This document shows positions 1-11,515 of a DNA stretch of 64,000 bases, one piece after another. The stretch is from Octopus bimaculoides (Eukaryota), in contig NC_068997.1 in assembly GCF_001194135.2 (NCBI RefSeq), forward strand, positions 39,084,045-39,148,044. Reading direction: 5' to 3'. How positions within the stretch are numbered: the stretch's first letter is position 1; every line of letters starts with the position of its first letter. The notes under the pieces were generated by a model, which did not search any database, was not told the origin of the DNA, and was given only the letters and a program-made list of their open reading frames with translations. The position numbers and the translations under genes were made by a program.

Positions 1-1047
1 ATATTTCAAGATATTTGCTTCTTAACATATTTTTTTTTCTTTTACATATTTGTTTGTTCATTAAATTTCAAAATGTCGTCGTCACCACCTCTATCATCAC
101 CATCATCATCATCGACATGATTACCATTATTATTATCATTATTATTATTATTATTCCATTTTCCTTTTCTCTTTTAGTTTCTTTTTTCTTCATTTTGGCT
201 TTAAGTTTTCCAAACCTAAGTTTTCTTCGTCGATTAAATTAAAAATAATTCCACAGTTTTCAGCTCATATATAAGACTTAGCCCGAAACCGTTTAAAAAT
301 AAATTTTTATCTTATATTGCCAATTAAAATTTTCTAATNNNNNNNNNNNNNNNNNNNNNNNNNNNNNNNNNNNNNNNNNNNNNNNNNNNNNNNNNNNNNN
401 NNNNNNNNNNNNNNNNNNNNNNNNNNNNNNNNNNNNNNNNNNNNNNNNNNNNNNNNNNNNNNNNNNNNNNNNNNNNNNNNNNNNNNNNNNNNNNNNNNNN
501 NNNNNNNNNNNNNNNNNNNNNNNNNNNNNNNNNNNNNNNNNNNNNNNNNNNNNNNNNNNNNNNNNNNNNNNNNNNNNNNNNNNNNNNNNNNNNNNNNNNN
601 NNNNNNNNNNNNNNNNNNNNNNNNNNNNNNNNNNNNNNNNNNNNNNNNNNNNNNNNNNNNNNNNNNNNNNNNNNNNNNNNNNNNNNNNNNNNNNNNNNNN
701 NNNNNNNNNNNNNNNNNNNNNNNNNNNNNNNNNNNNNNNNNNNNNNNNNNNNNNNNNNNNNNNNNNNNNNNNNNNNNNNNNNNNNNNNNNNNNNNNNNNN
801 NNNNNNNNNNNNNNNNNNNNNNNNNNNNNNNNNNNNNNNNNNNNNNNNNNNNNNNNNNNNNNNNNNNNNNNNNNNNNNNNNNNNNNNNNNNNNNNNNNNN
901 NNNNNNNNNNNNNNNNNNNNNNNNNNNNNNNNNNNNNNNNNNNNNNNNNNNNNNNNNNNNNNNNNNNNNNNNNNNNNNNNNNNNNNNNNNNNNNNNNNNN
1001 NNNNNNNNNNNNNNNNNNNNNNNNNNNNNNNNNNNNNNNNNNNNNNN

Positions 1048-1091
<44 letters not shown>

Positions 1092-1276
1092 GCACACACG
1101 CACACTTATATAGTAAAATAAATAAAGAGTGATTCACACACACAGACATATACATATCTAACTACATAGTCAGACGTCCACATAACATTCCTTCTTGGCA
1201 AAACTAATTTATCATTAAGACGTATGTTTTATGTGTGTGTGTGTGTGTGTGTGTGTCCCCGTCAGACTGTCTGTGT

Positions 1277-1308
<32 letters not shown>

Positions 1309-1349
1309 GTATGTATGTAGGTTTGCATAAACGAGTGTGCGCGCACGCG

Positions 1350-1400
<51 letters not shown>

Positions 1401-1582
1401 ATTTCTTTATATAGATCATCTCATCAAATATCATACCTTAATACCAGCATAACATATTACAGAATATTGGGTAAAAATTCTCATCGTATTTCTTTACAGA
1501 TGTATATATTTCTCCTAACTTATATATATATATACACTCACACACACACACACAATTTATTTATACACACACGCACACACAT

Positions 1583-1633
<51 letters not shown>

Positions 1634-2516
1634 CATGTATGTGTGTGTATTTCACGTAAAAGCACTTTCTTTATAAAGTTAAGTCTAATATCAATATCTT
1701 CACAGTTACCAACACACACATTCATAGATANNNNNNNNNNNNNNNNNNNNNNNNNNNNNNNNNNNNNNNNNNNNNNNNNNNNNNNNNNNNNNNNNNNNNN
1801 NNNNNNNNNNNNNNNNNNNNNNNNNNNNNNNNNNNNNNNNNNNNNNNNNNNNNNNNNNNNNNNNNNNNNNNNNNNNNNNNNNNNNNNNNNNNNNNNNNNN
1901 NNNNNNNNNNNNNNNNNNNNNNNNNNNNNNNNNNNNNNNNNNNNNNNNNNNNNNNNNNNNNNNNNNNNNNNNNNNNNNNNNNNNNNNNNNNNNNNNNNNN
2001 NNNNNNNNNNNNNNNNNNNNNNNNNNNNNNNNNNNNNNNNNNNNNNNNNNNNNNNNNNNNNNNNNNNNNNNNNNNNNNNNNNNNNNNNNNNNNNNNNNNN
2101 NNNNNNNNNNNNNNNNNNNNNNNNNNNNNNNNNNNNNNNNNNNNNNNNNNNNNNNNNNNNNNNNNNNNNNNNNNNNNNNNNNNNNNNNNNNNNNNNNNNN
2201 NNNNNNNNNNNNNNNNNNNNNNNNNNNTCAGACGGGACCTTGATGAATGCCATGAGGCAGGAAAGTATACTAGTCCTTATATATTTAATACTCTATATTT
2301 CATATATTCAATAAGACATTCAATACTTCATTTCATTTTACTATCTATATTATATATTCCATATTCTATATCCCACATTAATTTTATAAGAATATAAATA
2401 AAACATTAAAAAACAGAGTTGGAACTCTTTTAAATAATATATTCCTCTATACACGATCATACAAAACCCTTTTTTATATTTTTTAATATTTTTTTATTTT
2501 TATTTTTATTCACACA

Positions 2517-2559
<43 letters not shown>

Positions 2560-3700
2560 GGAGGACATCTCTTTCAAGAGTTCTATCTTTATTTCTATTT
2601 CTTTTACTCACTTTTTAGATAAATTGTCAGACAGGTTGACTCAGTAAATTTAAAGACACGATGTAATCGTTGTTGTAAAAGTGCAGCATATTGACGGAAA
2701 GATAGCTCGCTTCCTGAAAGTTACCCGAATCTTGATCGTCAAATTTCGAAAGGAACTGGAAGCTGCTGACGGGGATCCAACATCAACAACTAAGTGCAAA
2801 ACTCATGCACTAGATCCTAATGCTATCCGACACACAGCTTTGGTAACAAAAACCAAAAAATAATCAAGGTTCCAGAATGCACTCTCGGAAGAGTTTTGCA
2901 TGAGAACATCCGATACAAGCCGTTTGTGATGTCTGATTTCAGTTTATGTAACAAGTGAGAAGCGTTCGATCCATGCGAAGTGCTTGCTAAATAAGTTAAA
3001 ACATCAAGATGCTGCAACGCTTTGGTTTTGTTAAAAACTTCGATGAAGACCAAACGCTAAGCCGAAGAAACGATAGATGCTTATGTAGCGACCAGGATGA
3101 GATTCCAACGGTCATGCATACTAAGTTCTCAGCAACCTTGATGGTTCTGGGAATCGTTAGCATCGAGTGAGGCATTATTCCTCCTCACCATTTTTTTTCT
3201 CAGAGCTTAAGAGTTAATTCCGCTGTCTATACAGAGGTGTTGAAGAAAGTTGTGAGGCCTTGGATAGACAGAATAAGCAAAGGAAGACCATAAGTCTTCC
3301 AACAAGATTCAGAAGTTACATTAGGGTAGGACAATTCTAGCATGGATGCGTACCAATCTCCATGCTCATGTTCTTTCAAGCACGTTGTCTCCTGGCTTAC
3401 AGACCTCAATCTACTGGAATATGACGTATGGGGCGTAATCAAGAGAAAGGTCAATCAACACCTCCATAATACCATATACTCCCTCAATTCTACCATAACC
3501 AGCAATATGTCCAAAATTGATAAAAATCATCCGATCCCGTTTTGAATCAGCTACTGATGCCAACGGTGGATTCATTAAATAGCTGTGATAAAAGAATTCT
3601 CAGGATTATATCCATGAATTTGTTTTCAAATATACCTTTTCTGTGACGAGCTATGCGTATTTTTCTAAATTTATGCAAATGGCCTCATAAATCGGCTCTT
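2560..3700 (+). mobile_element. Degenerate Tc1/mariner-superfamily DNA transposon (maT/DD37D-like)
   Basis: N-terminal-like peptide QHIDGKIARFLKVTR..KFRKELEAADGD (ORF 2681-2863). C-terminal WLTDLNLLEYDVWGVIKRKVNQHLHNT (ORF 3342-3545) matches the SPDLNP.DY.VWG motif. Stops and frameshifts lie between them. Subfamily assignment is inference. Confidence 0.75.
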
Positions 3701-3912
3701 GTAAGCCCCACCGATTTAAACTTTGCCTTTTATGACCAATAAAACTGGTTAATCCCACCGTCCCCTTCAAAGGGCTGTTCTTGAAGGTAAATTAGAAACA
3801 ATCANNNNNNNNNNNNNNNNNNNNNNNNNNNNNNNNNNNNNNNNNNNNNNNNNNNNNNNNNNNNNNNNNNNNNNNNNNNNNNNNNNNNNNNNNNNNNNNN
3901 NNNNNNNNNNNN

Positions 3913-4140
3913 AGGGTGCGTCAGTATTTTGAGGACACGACTTCCAAAAGCTCTAACTTGCTTCTAACTTATTTTTTTACTCACTTTTCAGATAAATGAT
4001 GACGGAGATTGGGGTGACTGAGCGCATTGTAAACGTTGCCTTAAAAGCACAGCATAGTGATGCAGAGATAGCTCGCTTCCTGAAAGTTTCCCGAACCTCG
4101 GTTGTCGAATTTCGATAGAAGCTGAAAGATGCAGCCAGGA
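3913..4140 (+). mobile_element. 5' fragment of a second copy of the same Tc1/mariner family
   Basis: Shares tttactcactttt.agataaat and agatagctcgcttcctgaaagtt.cccgaa with the 2600-2770 region. The left end runs into a gap. Confidence 0.7.
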
Positions 4141-4374
4141 AGATAAGCGACTTAGTGCAAGCTCGTATAGCAGGTATAACAAGATACCTTTAACACAAAG
4201 AAAGTAAAAATCGATAAGCAACATGGTTTCAGTAGTAGTCTGGATCAGATCGCAGAACATAAGAAAGAATTAAAGTAAATGAAGAGGAAGTGACTTTAAA
4301 ACAGCCGAACTCAGAATCACAGCAAAATTGTCTCCAGCTTTACAGGCTAGAGATAATCTGTTAAAAGTAGAGGC

Positions 4375-5225
4375 TAGTCTAAGGTGTTTTGTAGCTGCTC
4401 CTCCCATTTTTTAATTTGATCTTTTGGATTGTTTACTTCTGCTCGTTTTCTTTCTCCCTATTATTTCATTCAGAGCTGCTCATGCGAGAGAAGGTTGTTA
4501 GTTTTCTGAGGCATTTTCGATTATATTTATTTTACCTTGGAGATAAGTTTCAAGTTCTTGTATATAGGTTTCAAGTTACTGTTTTGCATTTTCCAATGTT
4601 ATTTTATTAGCTCTCATCAGTTTACTTAGTTTGGATGTAGTATTACATGTTTCTTTCGAGTCGTCTCTTTCCTTAATTAACTCCTTACTTTACTATAGGA
4701 TGCGCTCTGTTTTCTTTCAACAATTTGAATATTTTCTTTTGCTGCATTTTCATGTGCAATTATAATATTATTGGAAATGGACTTAGAATCTTTAATATAA
4801 TCTAAAATTTGTAATGCTACAAAGCGATTTTTGATATCAAGTGTTTATGAATTTCTCTCAGCTGCGTTGGTGGAAGTTTCCTCCAGTCATAACATACTCT
4901 ATTTTTAGATAAGTTCTTATTTACTCTCAAGGTCAGCCTGAACTTTCTTGTCACAGTTGAGAAGAAAAGCAATAAATTCAAGGCTTTGCAGTTCAAAGTA
5001 CTATTTTCCCGATTTTATTTTAGCGATCTAGGTGTATCCCATTGTTATTTGGAGATGAAAACGTCCATAGCGTGCCTTTTTCTCTTTGTGTATAGTACCC
5101 CAAATTACATCCCACAAATATTCCGTTTGAACGTTTAAGAGATTTTTCTGTTGGTAAATTGATGACAGATTGATCCCTTAGCACACTCAACTCCAATTTT
5201 TGCATTCATTTCACCACCAATAATT
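4375..5225 (-). mobile_element. Degenerate RTE-type LINE fragment (APE endonuclease and linker)
   Basis: Minus strand reads GGEMNAKIG (about 5191-5217; GDFNAKIG motif), then GTLWTFSSPN and QELETYLQGKINNIEN..AALNEIIGRKK. Many stops. Confidence 0.7.
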
Positions 5226-5309
5226 ATACATACATGCATACATATATGCACGCACGCACGCATTCATAAATAATATGTGTGCATGTATATGCATATGTGT
5301 ATTTCTGCG

Positions 5310-5314
<5 letters not shown>

Positions 5315-5392
<78 letters not shown>
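5315..5392. repeat. Compound (AT)n-(GT)n microsatellite
   Basis: Seen directly. Confidence 0.95.
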
Positions 5393-5393
<1 letters not shown>

Positions 5394-5394
5394 G

Positions 5395-5670
5395 GTGTAT
5401 TCGAATACCACTCGTATACTGGCAAGAGGAACGGATACGGTCCATCTTCGAATAAAGGAGGTACATTTCATCAAAAAGAGGACACTCAGCTTCAGCCGCC
5501 GGAATGAACTTGACCGCTGGAACTTCATCTACTGCTTCCGGAGCATTTGACCAATGCCAGCAATAACCACCAAATAGAATGTCTGATGAAGGATCCTTGA
5601 TGTAAAAGCGCTAACGTATGTTAACCAAGAACTAGCAACAAGGCTATACATAGACCGCACGCCACTAGTA
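5395..5670 (+). mobile_element. 3' fragment of a Penelope-like element (GIY-YIG C-terminus plus pLTR-like tail)
   Basis: Reads NTTRILARGTDTVHLRIKEVHFIKKR, resembling the PLE endonuclease tail (IL.RE....R.IKEA..I). A hammerhead-like motif follows about 30 nt after the stop. Confidence 0.6.
5579..5617 (+). ncRNA. Degenerate minimal type I hammerhead ribozyme motif
   Basis: ATGT-CTGATGA-A-GGATC CTT GATGT-AAAA-GCGCT-A-ACGT. Stem I is ATGT/ACGT, stem III is the palindrome AGCGCT, and the cleavage triplet is CUA. G12 and the stem II base are mutated. Confidence 0.55.
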
Positions 5671-5673
5671 AGT

Positions 5674-5674
<1 letters not shown>

Positions 5675-5726
<52 letters not shown>

Positions 5727-5735
5727 ATCTATTTA

Positions 5736-5770
<35 letters not shown>

Positions 5771-5805
5771 GCCTATCTACCTGTCTGTCTGTCTGTCTCT
5801 CTATC
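5675..5805. repeat. (TATC)n/(TGTC)n tetranucleotide microsatellite
   Basis: Seen directly. Confidence 0.95.
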
Positions 5806-6467
5806 CATCTTAAAACTGTCAAACCTCAGTAATTTCTGTATGGTCCCAAAAGAGAAATTTTGGGGATATCTTTGAATTTAAAATGAATGTTTTCTAACAC
5901 TTCACGTCTAATAAAATCTCACCCTTTCACGCTGCCTCGGTTTTTCATTTCATTTTTTCGTGTTCAATTTTCATTTCTCAATTGTTACTTTCTTTTATTT
6001 ACTCACTTTCTCTTGTCATGTTCATAAGTGCTTTGACTTATACTAACTTCTCTTCTTAGTGTCCTCTGTTTTATTCGGATACTATACTTCACTATCCTCT
6101 TTCACCTTCCCAACCCCTCCTACAACTATTAATAATAATAGCCGTAATTTACCTTACAATATGGATGACTTAACTGTAACCTCCCCGTTCATATAAACAC
6201 AAAGAATCTATCGAATTCTCCTTGTGAGCGTATGTGAGCCAAACCACGCGTCTGCGTATGCTTATATCTTCGCGTAAGTTTGTACGAGCAAGCGCACGTG
6301 CGTCATACAACCTAAGCGAGGGCGTTTATACATTCATATCTGCTGACGGTTACATTGAATACGTTTTTTCGCTATACTGTGTATTTTTTTCTTTTTGCAT
6401 CTGATTTTTTATTGATCTATAATAATGAGGCTGTAACCTTTAATTTACTGCTTTTGTATACACATAC

Positions 6468-6523
6468 CGAGAAGGAAACTTGCGGAACAGACGTTCTTTT
6501 AACGAGATACATCTTGTAATCAC
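6468..6523 (-). CDS. Candidate internal coding exon, unknown gene
   Basis: Minus strand gtgtctcttcag|GTGATT...TTCTCG|gtatgt, 56 nt. Open as (S)DYKMYLVKRTSVPQVSFS or VITRCISLKERLFRKFPS. No homology recognised. Confidence 0.3.
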
Positions 6524-6746
6524 CTGAAGAGACACATCTACAACGACAGATACTCCTAAACTAAGTTGTTCAGTATCCCAACCATGAGGGATCGGTGCTA
6601 GATGGGTCGTAACTATTGTAGGGACCAATAAAGATTCTCATATCTTCCATCTTCCGTCTCTCTCATTAATGAAATGCCCATCGGACACTGGAAGTGAACG
6701 TGTTTTGCTGGTAAGCTACCAGGTGTATACCATACGATTTATTATC

Positions 6747-6787
<41 letters not shown>

Positions 6788-7402
6788 NNNNNNNNNNNNN
6801 NNNNNNNNNNNNNNNNNNNNNNNNNNNNNNNNNNNNNNNNNNNNNNNNNNNNNNNNNNNNNNNNNNNNNNNNNNNNNNNNNNNNNNNNNNNNNNNNNNNN
6901 NNNNNNNNNNNNNNNNNNNNNNNNNNNNNNNNNNNNNNNNNNNNNNNNNNNNNNNNNNNNNNNNNNNNNNNNNNNNNNNNNNNNNNNNNNNNNNNNNNNN
7001 NNNNNNNNNNNNNNNNNNNNNNNNNNNNNNNNNNNNNNNNNNNNNNNNNNNNNNNNNNNNNNNNNNNNNNNNNNNNNNNNNNNNNNNNNNNNNNNNNNNN
7101 NNNNNNNNNNNNNNNNNNNNNNNNNNNNNNNNNNNNNNNNNNNNNNNNNNNNNNNNNNNNNNNNNNNNNNNNNNNNNNNNNNNNNNNNNNNNNNNNNNNN
7201 NNNNNNNNNNNNNNNNNNNNNNNNNNNNNNNNNNNNNNNNNNNNNNNNGTATGGCAAGTCGTGCACGGATTTCAGAAACATATGCAAGTGGTGTAGGGAG
7301 TTGTAATTGAAAGGCCAAGGTCAGCCCTCTCATTAGGCACTTGTAGTAGTAAACACATTTGACTTCTGCTGACCGCAAGGGTGTGACGCTTTTGCTTCCT
7401 GA

Positions 7403-7456
<54 letters not shown>

Positions 7457-7482
7457 AACAACAACAACAACAACAACTACTA
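7403..7482. repeat. (TAC)n-(AAC)n trinucleotide microsatellite
   Basis: Seen directly. Confidence 0.95.
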
Positions 7483-7860
7483 ATGATAATAGTGATTTGC
7501 CTGGAGACAAACACACACACATGCGATAGCGTTTACATCCTGCTCACAAAACATATACAATCCCATTACCACTTCTCCCACCGCCGCCGCCAATGCCATC
7601 ACCATCCTGCTGGAAAAAGCTCGGAGGTAACGCTAGTTGGAGTCTGCATGATGGTTCTGTCTTTTGTCTCCCTGTCTTTGTCTCTCTCTGGCTGTGAATT
7701 CAATATCTGCCCCTTTCTACGATGCTAAATGAATTCTGTCGGACGGCCATTTGAAACCTTCTAGGCGGCAGGTCATGACATGAGCTAATTTAAAACTTCT
7801 CAAAATAGGTTCCACCCGCTCCCTCGGAAAATGATGATGCCTGGCACCTCTGAACCTTAC

Positions 7861-7988
7861 CCAAGGAACCAGGCAACTAGTTAACCCTGTGTGCTTATAA
7901 CACGGCCCTGAATACCAACAATGGAAATACCTCCTAGAACCCATGTCGTTCGAAGAATCGCGTTCATCACTGATCTTAGGTTCTGACA
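7861..7988 (-). CDS. Weak candidate exon, unknown gene
   Basis: ttttcgaactcag|TGTCAG...CCTTGG|gtaagg, 128 nt, open in phase 1 to 0 (SEPKISDERDSSNDMGSRRYFHCWYSGPCYKHTGLTSCLVPW). Could equally be a repeat fragment. Confidence 0.2.
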
Positions 7989-8069
7989 CTGAGTTCGAAA
8001 AGTCTTTAAATCAGGACCAACCTCCTTAAGAATAGTAGCATTGTCATGACTATACTGGTATTAAATTTT

Positions 8070-8257
8070 GGCACAAGGTCAGCAATTCCAGGGGAGCAGA
8101 TAAGTCGTTTCCCTGACCCAGTGTTCAACTGGTACTTATTTTATCGACCTCGAAAGGATGAAAGGCAAAGTCGCCCGCGGCGGAATTCGGACTCAGAACG
8201 TAAATTCCACTAAGCATTTTTCCTGGTGAGCTAACGATTCAGCCAACTCGCTGACTT
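8070..8257 (-). mobile_element. tRNA-derived SINE, family A
   Basis: Carries the core ttatcgacc.cgaaaggatgaaaggcaaagtcg...aactcagaacgta shared by nine copies in the window. The sense strand has an A-box-like TGGCAGAA and a B-box GTTC(A/T)AATTCC. Confidence 0.9.
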
Positions 8258-8695
8258 GCATTACCATGACTATATTAAGACTATACCATAACTAGTAAAC
8301 TGTCTCAGACAACTTCACTATTATCCCACCACTATCATCGTCAACACCTTAAGTATCACCCAGCAACAACAATTATTAGAATCACCAGTACTAGCAGCAT
8401 GGAAAATGAAATATAACCTCTCTATTATTAAAAGCACTTTAACCAGCACAGTTTCCATATGCAGTATTATTCTATATATAGAAATGTCCATATATTTCGG
8501 TTTGTATTCAGAATCCCATTATCGTTTCTCTGTATATACCTATTTCTGAATTCCTCTTCTATTCCAACATTTAGCGCTCCAACTACAAACTTGTATCTAT
8601 CGAAATATATTGCCTTGAAGCATTCAACTCATTCGAAAGTTTCCCACACCATTACCATTATTGTTTATAATGGTAAAACATTCTTACATTCTTAC

Positions 8696-8777
8696 TTTTG
8701 ACCTTGGGCACGCCTGCTGCTTTTTCCTTAACATCACTAAGACTTTTGATAGAAATTTCATCAGAACACCGAGAGCC
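8696..8777 (-). CDS. Candidate coding exon, unknown gene (may instead start at an in-frame ATG at 8804)
   Basis: aagttttacctgcag|GGCTCT...GTCAAAA|gtaaga, 82 nt, GSRCSDEISIKSLSDVKEKAAGVPKVK. An upstream in-frame AGCATGG at 8804 would give MAKMKFYLQ. Confidence 0.35.
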
Positions 8778-10094
8778 CTGCAGGTAAAACTTCATTTTAG
8801 CCATGCTAAAATGTTCCAGTCGCCTCTAGAGTTCACAGTGTTCTCTAAAGTAATTTTAATCGACTGCTCCAGGGATTCATTCTGTGCACTATCGAGCACA
8901 TAGAAGTAGAACTGCAGCAAACCATGCACTGAGATAACGCCAAAGCCGACAAACGCTATTTTGATTTAGAATGCAGCGTATCTGCGTAATAAATTGCAGC
9001 AAACCCTCAAAACAAAATATCTGTTGACCTTTACCTGAAAACATGATCCCTTAGCAACGGTCGGATGGTAAGTAACTAATAGAGAATAGAGAAACTTACT
9101 GGTGTTTGGAATGGAATAACTAACAGTAAGGTAAAAAAAGAAGCACTAGAAAGAGGGAAACTTACAGGGAAAAGCGAGAAATAAATAAAACAATTATGTC
9201 AGAAAATTGAGATCCGGGAGGAGAGAAGAAAAAGTTGAGCAAACAAACGGCAAAAGAATTAACATCTCAGCAAAGAGTGGAGAATGAAAGCAAAAGAGTC
9301 AAACACACACGCACACACACATACGCACACACACACACACACACACATACGCGCGCTCACACACACACACGCATGCATACTGACACACTGACATACGCGA
9401 TAACTTTATGTAAATATAAATTTCTACTGTACACATTTTATACACCCTCTACACGCGCACATATGCATATATTAAATAAAGTAAATATTTTATACATATT
9501 TCATATATAATTTAAATGAATCACACAACTGGCAATATTTACATTGTACTCTGAAACATACTAAATTGTATCGAAATACACTATATATTATATATAACTA
9601 TATAAAACGAAAAAATTAATTGAAATTACAATAAGTAAAAGTTCAAAAGTTAATATCGTAAATTGTTTTCTTTGTATTTGTTGCTCTGGAAGTCAGGGTA
9701 AAGATAAGGATGATAACTTATAAAAGTGACAAGCAAAATCTGTAACAAGTCTTTCTTCTTGATAACTTAATAGCTTATAAGTTGAAGACAAGGCAGCATC
9801 TCCTTAACTTCTTGGAGATTTTAGACAAAATTATACTAATGTGTCCATCTGTTTTAATTTAATTAAATTCTATGTCATTGTGCAACTGAGGATTGCTCGG
9901 CATTTAAATAGATGTAATGATTGCATTATTCAGTTAAATGGAGTTGCATGAAACGATCGTACTGCATTACCTCTGGATATCCTTGTTGCTTATTTTGATT
10001 CTAATCACCTTATTTTGAAATTGTATGGATAATACAGTACTAAATTCTGGTTCCTCAACTTAAGTACCATATCTGAATCTAAATTTTTGCTGAA

Positions 10095-10137
<43 letters not shown>

Positions 10138-10474
10138 NNNNNNNNNNNNNNNNNNNNNNNNNNNNNNNNNNNNNNNNNNNNNNNNNNNNNNNNNNNNNNN
10201 NNNNNNNNNNNNNNNNNNNNNNNNNNNNNNNNNNNNNNNNNNNNNNNNNNNNNNNNNNNNNNNNNNNNNNNNNNNNNNNNNNNNNNNNNNNNNNNNNNNN
10301 NNNNNNNNNNNNNNNNNNNNNNNNNNNNNNNNNNNNNNNNNNNNNNNNNNNNNNNNNNNNNNNNNNNNNNNNNNNNNNNNNNNNNNNNNNNNNNNNNNNN
10401 NNNNNNNNNNNNNNNNNNNNNNNNNNNNNNNNNNNNNNNNNNNNATATATATACATATATACATACATATATAT

Positions 10475-10634
10475 GACGGGCTTCTTTTAGTTTCCGTCTA
10501 CCAAACCCACTCACAAGGCTTTGGTCGGCCCGAGGCTATAGTAGAAGACACTTGCCAAAGGTACCACGCAGTGAGACTGAACCCGGATCCATATGGTTGG
10601 GAAGAAAGCTTTTTATCACACAACCACACCTGCA
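10475..10634 (-). mobile_element. tRNA-derived SINE, family B (head region)
   Basis: Near-identical to 41321-41475 and to the reverse complement of 61903-62020. B-box-like GGTTCAGTC. Followed by an internal (AT)n tract. Confidence 0.85.
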
Positions 10635-10644
10635 CGTGTTATTA

Positions 10645-10860
10645 TCTTCTCCTTAGCGAAGGCGGAGGTATTGTTTTCATTCCCGTTTGTTTGTTTGTTT
10701 GTTTGCCCGTGGACAAGATATCTCAAGAACCGCTGGATGGATTCGGATGAAAGTTTCAGGGATATTTGACCGCGTGACTGGCACGAGCTGATTAAAATTT
10801 AGGATCGAACAGGTACCGGGCAAGGGTTTTAGATTATTTTCCCGTTTTTTTTTTTACTCG
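10645..10860. mobile_element. Putative Helentron-associated non-autonomous element (HINE/DINE-like) fragment
   Basis: A subterminal hairpin ctccttagcgaaggcggagg is followed by tattgttttc, a (GTTT)n tract and a GC-richer core. This layout resembles HINEs, and the assignment is inference. Confidence 0.45.
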
Positions 10861-10879
10861 ATCTACTTTTCTTTATTAC

Positions 10880-11158
10880 TTTGTCCCATGAACATTATCT
10901 CTTCGTTCGTGTTGGACTCTGTCATACACTTGTCATTCCCATGTGCATAACGAATTACATTGACTCTACTTATTTTGTCCATTTGTCTTGTAATTCCTTA
11001 ACTGTATTTATGATAACCCTTATATCATCTTCAAACCTCAGGTATGTTAGGTACTTTACGTGCATCATTATTTCACCTTGAATTTTTATTTCTTGAGAGT
11101 ATTGAATCTTCCTGCTCGAGTAAGCGTAGTATGAGAACCACTTATGAATAATATTCAC
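10880..11158 (-). mobile_element. RTE-type LINE, RT-core segment in inverted orientation
   Basis: Minus strand IQGEIMMHVKYLTYLRFEDDIRVIINTVKELQ (LRFADD catalytic motif), followed by a MHMGMT-like segment (KMHMGKT). Confidence 0.7.
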
Positions 11159-11159
11159 A

Positions 11160-11515
11160 TAGCTAGTTTAGCTGCTTCAGATCGGTAAATATTCCTTAAA
11201 CAATCATAACAATGAAACATGCTATTGAAAGAAATACGTTGAAAGACTGAATTACAAGTACAGAAATAAGACGTAAGAAACGAGTTAGGGTTATACCTCA
11301 AGAAACAGGAAATACAATGTGATGTGGGCAAATCACTTAGCCAGAGCAGAGGGCAACTGAAGAACGGAAGAATAGATTGCTTATGACGGATTGAGAAGGA
11401 TAGGAAATCAGAAGAGGAAATGGAAGGCTGACATCGAAAAATGTATGAATGCGACAAAAGTTTGCCGTTTTGGAGAGGAAAAGGTCCAGAAGTGGATTGC
11501 CATACCCTGAAAAAA
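11160..11515 (+). mobile_element. RTE-type LINE, 3' coding end
   Basis: Plus strand reads TLKD*ITSTEIRRK, KWKADIEK and a terminal QKWI, as in RTE C-termini. Ends at (CA)n and a gap. Confidence 0.55.

Noticed and set aside
6523-6560. CTGAAGA core box (likewise at 26180 and 29620)
   Set aside because: No GAAA box at a suitable distance.
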